A stretch of 64,000 nucleotides of DNA from Octopus sinensis (taxonomy: Eukaryota): positions 18,414,001 to 18,478,000 of the forward strand of contig NC_043020.1 in the NCBI RefSeq assembly GCF_006345805.1. Reading direction: 5' to 3'. The position numbers and the translations under genes are program-made. Under the pieces are notes generated by a model. The model saw nothing but the letters and a program-made list of their open reading frames with translations, did no database searches and was not told the DNA's origin. Positions 10,876 to 22,515 of this stretch are shown one piece after another. Position 1 is the first letter of the stretch; every line of letters starts with the position of its first letter.

Positions 10876-11288
10876 GGCGCAGGAGTGGCTGTGTGGTAAG
10901 TAGCTTGCTAACCAACCACATGGTTGCGGGTTCAGTCCCACTGCGTGGTATCTTGGGCAAGTGTCTTCTGCTATAGCCCCGGGCCGACCAATGCCTTGTG
11001 AGTGGATTTGGTAGATGGAAACTGAAAGAAGCCTGTCGTATATATGTATATATATATACATATATGTGTGTGTGTGATTGTGTGTCTGTGTTTGTCCCCC
11101 TAGCATTGCTTGACAACCGATGCTGGTGTGTTTACATCCCCGTCACTTAGCGGTTCGGCAAAAGAGACCAATAGAATAAGTACTGGGCTTACAAAGAATA
11201 AGTCCCGGGGTCGATTTGGTCGACTAAAGGCGGTGCTCCAGCATGGCCGCAGTCAAATGACTGAAACAAGTAAAAGAGTAAAGAGAGT
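10876..11288 (+). mobile_element. SINE family B, full length, young
   Basis: A/B-box-like head, CORE-like 'cttgggcaagtgtctt', (TA/TG) spacer and 'gtaaaaga' tail. Confidence 0.88.
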
Positions 11289-11357
11289 ATGATGACCAGC
11301 AACTTGTTTTTGTAATGGCCAACTTCTGATTTTTTTCATTTATTCATATCCTACATG

Positions 11358-11740
11358 TGGAGGTGCAATGGCCCAGTGGTTAGGGCAGCGGACTCACGGT
11401 CGTTGGATCATGGTTTCGATTCCCAGACTGGGCATTGTGAGTGTTTATTGAGCGAAAACACCTAAAGCTCCACTAGACTCCAGCAGGGGGTGGTGGCGAA
11501 CCCTGCTGTACTCTTTCACCACAACTTTCTCTCGCTCTTTCTTCCTGTTTCTGTTGTACCTGTATTTCAAAGGGACCAGCTTTGTCACACTCTGTGTCTC
11601 ACTGAATCTCCCCGAGAACTACGTTAAGGGTACACATATCTGTGAAGTGCTCAGCCACTTACACGTTAATTTCACGAGCAGGCTGTTCCGTTGATTGGAT
11701 CAACTGGAACCCTCATCATCGTAACCGATGGAGTGCCACG
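11358..11740 (+). mobile_element. tRNA-derived SINE family D, full length
   Basis: 'ggaggtgcaatggcccagtggttaggg...ggtttcgattccc' head. Confidence 0.8.
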
Positions 11741-11854
11741 ACATATAAATTATATCTTATGTTACATATAAATATATTGCCCTGTATCCTACCCATTTCC
11801 ATCGTTTCCAATATTTATGTAAGTCAAAATCAAACACATTGTGATACAAAAGAC

Positions 11855-12075
11855 TATGAAGTAATACTGAAAAGTTCCTGGCGTTGGGTAAAAGAAAATA
11901 CAAGCAGATCGGCTTACTATGATTTTATCCAACATTTTCCCCTCTCAGATTCACACACTTATTGGAGTGGTCCTTCAGTTTTCCTAAGCCCTGTAGAAGA
12001 ACTCAGAAGGTTGGGCCTCCAACCAAGCTCTTTGCAATAACCTTAAAGCCAGGAACTTTTCAGCACCTTCTTGTA
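11855..12075. mobile_element. Mariner-derived MITE (uninterrupted copy of the 55013 element, opposite orientation)
   Basis: TIRs 'tgaaaagttcctgg' and 'ccaggaacttttca'; the same TIR core begins the mariner at 25239. Confidence 0.8.
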
Positions 12076-12831
12076 TCTATAACTATCCAAAAGCTGTTAG
12101 CTGCTCAATGGCCCTCAAATACATTAAAGGTATTTTTAACATTTGTTGTCCATGTTGGCATGGGTTTGACTAAAGCTGGTAAGCTGAGGGGCTGCACCAG
12201 ACTCCAGTCTGATTTGGCATGGTTTCTATGACTGGGTGCCCTTCCTAATGCTAACCACTCTGAGAGTGTAATGGATGCTTTTGCAAGCCACCGACATGGG
12301 TGCTATTTGCGTGAAACTAGTATCCGTCATGACTACGACTTCACTTGGTTTGATGGGTCTTCTTCTCAAGCACAGTATATTACAAAAGGTCTCATCATTT
12401 CTCAAGAGGCCCAATGCTTGAAAGGTGCTTTTTATGTGTCACTGGCACAGGTGCCACTTACACAACACTAGCATCAGCCACATCGCCTCTGTGAAGCCCA
12501 ATGCTCACAAGGTACATGCCACCAGCACAGGTGCCAGTTATGTGACACCAACAATAGCCACAAATATGATTTCACTTGGCTTGATGAATCTTCTCAAGCA
12601 CAACATATTGCCAAAGGTCTTGGTCACTAGTCTTTGCCCCAGTGAGGTCCAATGTTTGAAGATCATACTTATTTCTTTACTACCCACAAGGGGCTAAACA
12701 CAGAGGGGACAAACAAGGACAGACAAATGGATTAAATCGATTACATCGACCCCAGTGCATAACTGGTACTTAATTTATCGATCCCAAAAGGATGAAAGGC
12801 AAAGTCAACCTCAACAGAATTTGAACTCAGA

Positions 12832-13030
12832 AGCAAAGTCTAGAATCGAAAGGTCTTAGAGTCAATCTAGCAAAAACCAAAGTCTTAGTAAGTAGGAAGG
12901 CAGACTAATCACAAATCCTTTCAGGTAGACGGCCTTGCTCGATCTGTAGAAAAGGCATAGGTAGAAACTCCATAAGATGTACTCAGTGTAAGCTATGGAC
13001 ACATAAGAAGTGCAGCAATATCAAAGGAAG
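12832..13030 (+). mobile_element. RTE-clade LINE ORF fragment
   Basis: SLESKGLRVNLAKTKV...CSICRKGIGRNSIRCTQCKLWTHKKCSNI: post-RT region with a Cys/His cluster; same family as 61800-62950. Confidence 0.7.
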
Positions 13031-13420
13031 ATAGTTTTTGTGTGTGGCAGATGCACAGGGGCAATAAATACTGAAGATGGCACAAGCTGACCTTGGGAAA
13101 ATTTGAACTCAGAATGTAAAGATGGATGAAAAACCACTAAGCATTTTGCCCGGAGTGCTAATGATTCTGCCAGCTTTGTTGCCTTAAATAATGGTTTCAA
13201 ATTTTGGTACAAGGCCAGCAACTTTGGGGAAGCAGGTAAGTTGATTATATCAGTTCTAGTGCTCAACTGGCACTTATTTTATTGATCTCAAAAGGATGAA
13301 CTGAGAATGTAAAGATGGATGAATGCCGCTAAGCAAGCATTTTGCCTGATGTGCTAACAATTCTGCTAGTTTGTCACCCAAGAGGTAGTTTCTAATTGAA
13401 AAGAAAATTGTCATTCTTAC

Positions 13421-13508
13421 CTAGAGCTCCTACAACGGTTGACGAAGCCCCCATATCCCTCACATGCGGTCCTATCAATGGTAAGATCATGCTGACACCA
13501 AGTAAGTC
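13421..13508 (-). CDS. MFSD9: MFSD9-like coding exon 2
   Basis: tttgtcag|GAC TTA CTT GGT GTC AGC ATG ... GCT CTA G|gtaaga; 88 nt; DLLGVSMILPLIGPHVRDMGASSTVVGAL; not in the ORF track. Confidence 0.93.
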
Positions 13509-13675
13509 CTGACAAAAAAAAAATCAAAGAAAAAGAAGAGAGCATTTTAGAAAATTGGGTTCTTACTAAATCACTTGAGGAGAAATGATTTATATGTTAC
13601 TGGAAAAATGAAAGGTAAAATCCGTTCTGAAATTTTCATTTGAACCTAAAACATAGAAAGACAAAACTAAATATT

Positions 13676-13911
13676 TATTTCTTTACTACCCACAAGGGGC
13701 TAAACATAGAGGGGACAAACAAGGACAGACAAAGGGATTAAGTCGATTACATCGACCCCAGTGTGAAACTGGTACTTTATTTATCGACCCCGAAAGGATG
13801 AAAGGCAAAGTCAACCTCAGCGGAATTTGAACTCAGAACGTAAGGACAGACAAAATACTGCTAAGTATTTTGCCTGACACGCTTACGTTTCTGCTAGCTC
13901 GCCACTTTACC
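13676..13911 (-). mobile_element. SINE family C with a 21-bp target-site duplication
   Basis: 'agaaagacaaaactaaatatt' at 13655-13675 and 13912-13932. Confidence 0.88.
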
Positions 13912-16176
13912 AGAAAGACAAAACTAAATATTGTTAACCATTTACTGAAGGATGACCTGAGGACACTGAACCTTAGGGAGATGACAAAAGACTGATATAT
14001 CTGGTGCCTTGTGGTACTCAAGAAGACCTGTTCTCCACAGCAGAAATGTTAATACCACTTCCCATGATGAAGAAGATTGGCCTGCAAGAGCCCTGTGCCA
14101 GCATCATGTAAAAAGCACTTTTTGCTCATGTTGGTAACACATAAAGCACTTGTGCTGGTTCCACATTAAAAGCACCCAGCACATTCTGTAAAGTGGTTGG
14201 CATTAGGAAGGGCATCCAGCAGGCAGAAACCAAGCCAAATCAGACTGGAACCTGGTGTGACTCTCCTGCTTACCAGCTCTGGTCAAACTGTCCAGCCGAT
14301 GCCAGCTTGGAAAACAGACATTAAGGGATGATGATGATGATGATGATGATGACTTAGTCTTATATTTTTGCTATTTCTGCCAACTTAATACAGGCTGAGC
14401 TGCTTAAATCCAGTAACTTTGGGACCTGGTTATTTCCAGATCATAGCAAAATTATAGAAAACAGAAACTGACCCATAGCACATTAACCACCAGTCTGTCA
14501 ATAGAACTTACTGGTGATACGATATATTTCCAATCACACTACAATTTTGGGGGGATTTTTACAATATTTTGTAATTAAACTTAAAACTTTGCACTCATGT
14601 AATATAAATATCCTCAAAACGATGTCAAAGAAATAGAATAAAATATCTTCTCAAATTATGAAAATTTACCACCAGAGGTGCATATGGCACTTATGTGACG
14701 TCTGGGATGGACCACTGGCAGTATATGTAGCAATTAACATGTTAAGGGTAACTGTTTCATTTTCCATGTATTGATGTCTTCTCAAAGATCTATTTGTCCT
14801 CTGTAATCATCATCATCATCGCCATTGTTTTAATGTCCACTTTTTCATGCTTGCATGGGTCAGACAGAATTTGTTGAGGCACATTTTCTACAGCCAGATG
14901 CCCTTCTTATCACCAACCCTCACCTGTTTCCAAGTAAGGTAATATTTCCCAATGGTCTGACATGTTTTCACAGAAGACTGGAAATAAAAGACACTGCTAG
15001 TGTAATGATGACACTCTCTTATAATCACGTGATGTTAAGGCAAGGAGACAGACACACATGCACAGGTACACATATATAAACAACTACTTTTAGTATCGAA
15101 ATATTATCGGGTGGCACGTAAAAAGCACCCACTACACTACAGTGGTTGGCGTTAGGAAGGGCATCCAGCCGTAGAAATACTGCCAGATTTGACTGGGCCT
15201 GATGAAGCCTTCTGGCTTCACAGACCCCAGTAGAACCGTCCAACCCATGCTAGCATGGAAAACGGACACTAAACGATGATGATGAATTCTCTCTAAAGGA
15301 AACTACGGCACCGAAACTAGTCTGTGGATGCCAGACCAGCAAGGGGAAGCTGCTGACCTCCCCTGTTTGAAGGTTATAATGGACACAGGTTTGTGTGTCA
15401 CATAGCTAGCTAGAGGCGATGGCCTCTTGGAGCTAATCAACAGCAGCATTCGTCCTATTTTTCTGGACTGCCATGTTAGCTTGGCAATAACTGTTAATAT
15501 ACTATTAGTATCCATTTACCAAATCTATTCACAAGGCTTTGGTTTTGGCTGGCCCAGGGTTATAGTAGAAGACATTTGCTCAAGGGGTGCCATGCAGTGG
15601 GACTGAACCCCAAACCATTTGGTTGGGTAACAAACTTCTTACCACATAGCCAACCAAAAGTGCCCTAGTGGCAGTTGCCAGACCATAGAATGCTACTGGG
15701 TTTAAGAGGTCTAATATGTATATTGGGTTTTTATTAAAGTGAATTTGGTAGACAGAAACTGAAAGAAGCCCGTCGTATGTATGTATGTGTGTATGTATAT
15801 ATATATATATATATATGTATGTGTATGTGTTTGTGTGTCTGTGTTTGTCCTCCCAACATCGCTTGACAACCGATGCTGGTGTGTTTACGTCCCCATAACT
15901 TAGCGCTTTGGCAAAAGAGGCTGATAGAATAAGTACTAGGCTTACAAAGAATAAGTCCTGGGTTCGATTTGCTCGACTAAAGGTGGTGCTCCAGCATAGC
16001 CGCAGTCAAATGACTGAAACAAGTAAAAGACTAACCCCAGTACTTATTTTTTGTAAGCCTGGTACTTATTCTATCGGTCTCTTTTTGCCAAATCTCTAAG
16101 TTACAGGGACGTAAACACACCAGCCCTAGTTGTCTAGCGGTGGTGGGGGACCGCCTTTTGGCTAAGATCAAAATGT

Positions 16177-16227
<51 letters not shown>

Positions 16228-17955
16228 GACGGGCTTCTTTCAGTTTCTGTCTACTTTGGTCGGCCCAAGACTAGAGTAGAAGGTACTTACTCAAGGTTCC
16301 ACGTAGTGGAATTGAACCTGGTATCATGTGGTTGGGAAGCAAGCTTCTTACCATACACCCACGCCAATACATATATTTAGTAATTCTTCCATCCATTTCA
16401 TCAAAGATCTGAGATCTTAGACTGAAATACGTTCAAGAGTTATCTCCCATACTTTACCCACTGACAAATATATTGTCCCGTTTATTTCAAGTTAGTTGTT
16501 TTTAATGTTTCCTCTATTAAATATGCCTAACACTGGCTAAGTTAGGACAAAAAAAATTGACAGAAGTAAATCGAACCTTCTCTCCATCTTCCTATATGAA
16601 AATCGAACACTCCACCTTCCCACAGGGGGGGGGGGAACTAACTTTCCTACCCTTAATGGGAAAACTGACCACCCACAGAAAATGCCCCTGAGAAAGAAAT
16701 GGGTTGCTACGGCCAAAGTAAATTGAACGACATGGATCACGGCCAATACCAGTAGTGGCTTCCTTTGTATTCAAAAGAACTAAGATTAAAATAGAAGAGA
16801 AAAGCATGTTATAACAAGCATGCCTTTCCTATAGAGTTACTTGCAGTGAGATGGCAACAATCAGGAATTAAAACTTGAAGGTTAGTTCGAAAGTTTGAAA
16901 CTTCGATTCAGAATTGGTGTCAGGTACCATTTTAGGTACCGTAAAGTAGCAAAGAGAGTGATTCCAGGTTTAGATCCCTAATCTTGTTTAAAATCTCCAC
17001 TTGAAATCCTACATTCATTTAATGCCCAATATTTTTGTGGCAGAGTTGTAAGTTTGCTATCCAACTACATGGTTCCAGGTTCAGTCCTACAGCGTGGCAC
17101 CTTTGGCAAGCATTTTCTATTATATCCCCAAGCCAAACAAAGCCTTGCGAGTGGGTTTGGTAGGCGGAAACTGAAAGAATCCCGTCGTGTGTGTGTGTGT
17201 GTTTTCCCTACCACCGGTGTTGACTTGTTTATGCTCATATAACTTAGCGGTTCGGCAAAAAAACTGATAGAATATTTACCAGGTTTTTATATATATATAA
17301 AAAAATAACTATTCTAAAATTATAGGATAGTAAAAGTTGGAAATACTTTGAGCATCGGTCTGCTTGTCCTGTTAGGAGTTAAGCATCAAAGCGACGGACA
17401 ATAAAGGTTTATGCTTATTCCTATTATATGGCAGAATCTTTAGTGCGGCGGAAAAAGGCTTAGTGGAATTCCTTATGACTTTTTACATTCTGTGTTCAAA
17501 TTCCACCGAGATCGACTTTGCCTTTCATCTTTTCGGGTCGATAAAATAAGTACCGGTTGAGCAATGGAGTTCAATGTAATACACCAATCCCTTGTTCCTA
17601 AAAAAATTCAAGGCGGCGAGCAGACAGAGTCGATAGCACGCTGGGCATTGTCTTTCCGTTCTGAGTTCAAATTCCGCTGAGGTCGATTTTGCCTTTCATC
17701 ATTTCGGGGTCGATAAAAAAAGTACTAGTTGAATACTGGAGTGGATGTAATCAACTAGTCCCCACCCGACTCCTAAAAAAATTGCTGGCTTTGTGCAAAA
17801 CATTGAAACCAATATTACTATTTCTCTCATTCAGTCGGAACATTAAAAAAATGACAATTCGATTCTGAGTGAGAGGCGTTGTTTTGTTCCCAACAAGCCA
17901 TGAGAAATAATTATACGGAAGCAATACTTGCAATGTAAGCAGAAAATATTTCAAT

Positions 17956-18384
17956 AACAAGGCGGCGAGCTGGCAGAAACGTTAGCACGCCAGGCGAAAT
18001 GCTCTCTGTGTTTAGCCCCTTGTGGGTAGTAAAGAAATAGGTATTTCATCTGCTGTTACGTTCCGAGTTCAAATTCCGCCGAGGTCGACTTTGCCTTTCA
18101 TCCTTTCGGGCTCGATAAATTAAGTACCATTTATGCACTGGGTCGATGTAATCGACTTAATCCCTTTGTTTGTCCCCGCTGTGTTTAGCCCCTTGTGGGT
18201 AGTAAAGAAATAGGTATTTCATCTGCTGTTACGTTCCGAGTTCAAATTCCGCCGAGGTCGACTTTGCCTTTCATCCTTTCGGGCTCGATAAATTAAGTAC
18301 CATTTATGCACTGGGTCGATGTAATCGACTTAATCCCTTTGTTTGTCCCCGCTGTGTTTAGCCCCTTGTGGGCAATAAAAAATA
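17956..18384 (+). mobile_element. SINE family C with an internal 173-bp tandem repeat and a 15-bp TSD
   Basis: TSD 'agaaaatatttcaat' at 17941-17955 and 18385-18399; 'ctgtgtttag' at 18006, 18179 and 18352. Confidence 0.88.
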
Positions 18385-20712
18385 AGAAAATATTTCAATG
18401 GAGCAATCGATAAATAAGTAGTATGAACGTGGGAATGAAAGCAACCAGGTTACGAGTGTAAAAGACATCTATTAAAAACGTGTTTTAAAAACGTTTAAAA
18501 CTTAGCGCAACTCTTCAATTTACTGAAGTGGTAAACATGTACAAACGTACAATATCTGAACGCAATATGAAAGGAATTTGGGGAAAATGTTAAACTGTTG
18601 TTATTTAACTCTGATCAGAGAAGACTTAAGATGAAAAAGCATTCCAGCTTCGACCATCCTGTCTTTCTCTCCAGATATACACCTTACTCTTGAGACAGTA
18701 GGGTGTGATTTGACAGGAATTTAAACTGCTCTTTCTAACAGGCTGAACAACCGCATGAAGGCTTCCTTGTTGTCTTATCAACAATGCTTTCGATTTTTAA
18801 AGATACGCCTTAGTACACAACCAACCATGACTTGCAATCATTACAACTTAACATACACACAATTCATGGTGGTTATTCCACCACCATACAAATTCGTGAT
18901 GGTTACTCCACCCTTTTCTCTATTATGAATATAATTTTAATAAATCTAAGACATTTCTTTAGGCTCACTACAATTCTATATGATGGTCCCCACATAACAA
19001 GCAACTATGCAACATGTATACCTGGAAAATTTCCTCGTCATAGTTACATACGATTAACATTTACGTTACACGCTGGTCGTTTTCTTATTAGCGATGTCTT
19101 ATATTCTTCTATGGCACTAAAGAATGCCTCTGTTATATTTCCTTTCACATCTAGTATGCTTTATGCAAATATTAAATCGACCTCAGTAATTGATTATTAT
19201 TTTATTTTGTACCTTTCAGAAGGACGAAAGGTAACGTTTACTACGACAGGAAGCGGACTTCGAACTTGAAAAGCATTTTGTGTCTTAAGCTCTAACGATT
19301 TTATCACTCCACATACACAAACACGCACACCCTAAAAAGTTTTTTCTGTTTTTTAAATTAATCCCACACAATCAGACTACATTTAAGGGAAGATCTAGAA
19401 GGATTTAGATGATATTGTCAAAAATATCCAAGCAAATCTAGCGGAATTTTGGATTAGATGTCCCTTGAAATTCCATACTTCTTGGGAAAAGAAAACGAAA
19501 CTTCTTTCCCCTTTATTATCATTATTAGCACGATGGACAAAAAGCTAAGCGGCATTTCGTCTGACTTTTGAGTTCTGAGTTTAAATTCCACCGAGGTTGA
19601 CTTTGCTTTGCATCCTTTCAGGGTCGATAAAATAAGTACCAGTTGAATACTGGAACCGAGATAATCGACTTACTCACTCCACCACCTCGAAATTGCTAGC
19701 CTTGTGCCAAAATTTGAAACCAGTATTATTATTGAGCTGAAAGAATCGTTAACACACCGGACTAAGTGCTTAGTGGTATTTCGTCTGTCTTCTTACGTTC
19801 TGATTACAAATACGGCCGATGTAGATTAGCCCCTCCCCCAAATTTCAGGCTTTGTGTGTATAGAAAGGATTATTTTAGTATTTCTGTGATTTATATAACA
19901 AATTACGGTTCTAAACATCGTTTCCTCTGTTATGGACCATTCTTATTCTCCCATGGGGTATGGGAGATTGTTATTCCAAACTTCCACCGCAAATCCAACG
20001 ACCCGGTGTTCGATGCTGAACAACCGCATGAAGGCTTCCTTAGAAATTATTAGATTTTTAAGATCTGTCACAAATGATTAGCTCGATTCTAGAATGACGA
20101 AAGGTCAACATCCAACCTTGGCACGATACAAACTTAAGATGTAGAGATGAGATCGAGTAAAATACGTCTCTACTGAACTACTTCGGTAAAATGGATTGTT
20201 TCGTGAATAACCACCTCCTTACAGAGGCTAAAAAGTCAGCTTCTTTTATGCTTATTTATATAAACCGAGCTCTTATCTACTAATCTGTGGGTCTTAATTG
20301 AATTAATATGATTTAAATAAACAATATGAACATATGTTTGTGATCGTTAAGAGACGTGAAGTAAACAACAAAAAGGAGCGGAGATAGGCAAGTGTTTATG
20401 AATTGTTGTTATTCAACCCGAGGTCAGCTTTGACCCGCCTGATTTTTGATCAAAAGTATTCCAGCTGGTATATCGAGGATTATAACATCAAATGTGCCCT
20501 TCCCCGTTTTAGAAAGTTATGATCTGATTTGAAGGAGTGTGGTTGTTATTTCTAACAGATCAAGCGAACGTTTGGCTGGTATCTCTAGCAGGTCAAGTGA
20601 CCACATGGTGGCTTCCTCATTGGCTTGTAAATAAAATACCATTCGTCTGTAGTTTTATGTGAACAGAGAGATAAGTAGTTAATAACTGCTATCAGCAGGC
20701 AAGATTACTTAC

Positions 20713-20790
20713 CAAGAATCCGACGATGTATATAGGAAGCATAGAGGTGTGTTGCGAGTAAGCATCGGGTCGCTGTCTTAGTGCACGCAT
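20713..20790 (-). CDS. MFSD9: MFSD9-like coding exon 1 (start codon)
   Basis: ATG CGT GCA ... ATC GTC GGA TTC TTG|gtaagt; MRALRQRPDAYSQHTSMLPIYIVGFL; in-frame TAA upstream; YIVGFL|DLLGVSM matches MFSD9 TM1. Confidence 0.88.
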
Positions 20791-21624
20791 CTTTAGTTAA
20801 TAGAAATGTTTTGTTACCCTGGCAGATGTAAGGTTGTTGTTATGTTTCTCTTCTTTTACGTGGTTTTACGTTCGAACTATATCCAAGCACATGCTCGAGG
20901 CACACCACATTATTGCTGATCAACGAGAAGCCAGCCACGTCCTCTTCTCACAAGGGACAGAACTGAGATAAGTTTGTTTGGTGACAAACTTTTCACATTC
21001 TTCAAGTCATTCATTCTCGTCTTCTCCCCAATAGACGACCTGTTATGTAAATAATCTGCTATCATCTGTATAGATATTTTCTATCGTTATAAGTTAGATT
21101 CTCGCAGGAAAAATATTAATAAATTTGTTTGTATGATTCAACATTTAAGTTTAATTTGTCAAAATATTTTCATCGCTTTAAGACCGCGACCTGTTCACTG
21201 ACAAAAATCCGTGCTGTTTCTTAAATGGTTTACAAACACCTTCCACGCTGCAATTGCTTTCGTTTCAGCACACGATCTCGGATCAAATCACTTGCTATGC
21301 AAGTACATCTCCGTAATTTGTATGATTTTCTTCCCATAAGACAAGAGAATTAATATATAAGAACTGAAAACTAGTTATGTTATCCAGGGTTGTCTTGACA
21401 GCATTATAGCTCGCTCCTCTCTCACGCTTTACTGGGACATGCAGTTATTTATTTACTGATAGCAAATCTCAGCATATATGGATTAGCATGGGGTTCTTGA
21501 TCTGCGCGGTCCCGGACAACTGCTAGGTGTGCTCATTTATTATAACGTACTGGTGTTATCCCCTTTCGCTAATCCTCCTTTCACGTAGGTAGCTACAATT
21601 ATGATAGTGTTAAAAAACAGAACA

Positions 21625-22041
21625 GGGATCTTTTCGGTTGGAACGGCAGTTTTTTCTAGCGGTGTCATATGAACTTGTCACCCATAATTATGACCCTAGT
21701 ATCGATCTATTGCATTTCAATCTATTTTAGGGTTAGGGTTGGTGGGGGGAAGGGTATCTTTTTTCTTCTTCCGAAATGTAAATAAACCCAATCTGTTTCT
21801 TAAACGGGGGACATATTCATACGGCACAGAATTTTTTCACCTCAATAGACTTCAGTGATTGGTTGAAATTGCAGAAATTGAAGAAAAAAACAACAAATAT
21901 CTTACAAACTATAGAATTTTCTCAATAAAGCCAAGAGAAAAAGATGTTTTATAAACACATTCTACCAGTATACGAAGTTTAAAAGTGTTTAGTTACGTGG
22001 AAATTATTTTAAAAAACTGCCGTTCAAACCGAAAGTATCCC
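21625..22041. mobile_element. MITE with GGG...CCC termini (MULE-like)
   Basis: TIRs 'gggatcttttcggttggaacggcagttttt' and 'aaaaactgccgttcaaaccgaaagtatccc'; flanks 'aaaacagaaca' and 'aaaacagac' resemble an imperfect 9-10 bp TSD. Confidence 0.75.
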
Positions 22042-22515
22042 AAAACAGACCCTGATACGATGTGGACCAAATGAATATAGACATTCTCTGATGTTATCAA
22101 TATTGCTGGGCACTGCTGAAAGGAAAGGAAAGGTTCTGTTGGAAGGTGTTGAATAAAGTGGTGAGATTCGGTCGCTAGCTGGTAATGAGAATGTCTCATA
22201 GAGCAAGCATTACGTAAAATATTGTGTATCAGATAAAAATATTTGGTTGATTAATCCAAGCTATTTGGTTGATTACTCCAATATATTAGCGGTAATAGAG
22301 GTGAAGAGCGAATGTGTGACGAAATGCAACATTTCTTCTGGCTAGGAACGCTAAAAGTTACATTGGCCTCAGGAAATAAGAATATTTTTCTGTGACATTG
22401 ACTTCGTAATAGTTTTATTGACGCAGAAGAAGGAGATAAAGAAAGTGACCTCCGTCTCCCCCCCCTCTCTCTCTCTCTTTGTCCCACTGATCTTTAAATT
22501 TTGATTATTAAGAAT

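Noticed and set aside
10876-10950. tRNA-like heads of SINE families B, C and D
   Set aside because: They have A/B-box-like motifs but continue into SINE bodies, with no complete cloverleaf; not called as tRNA genes.
17956-18384. Regular direct repeats here, at 34442 and at 49375 as possible CRISPR-like arrays
   Set aside because: The units are contiguous with no unique spacers, there are no cas genes, and the context is eukaryotic.
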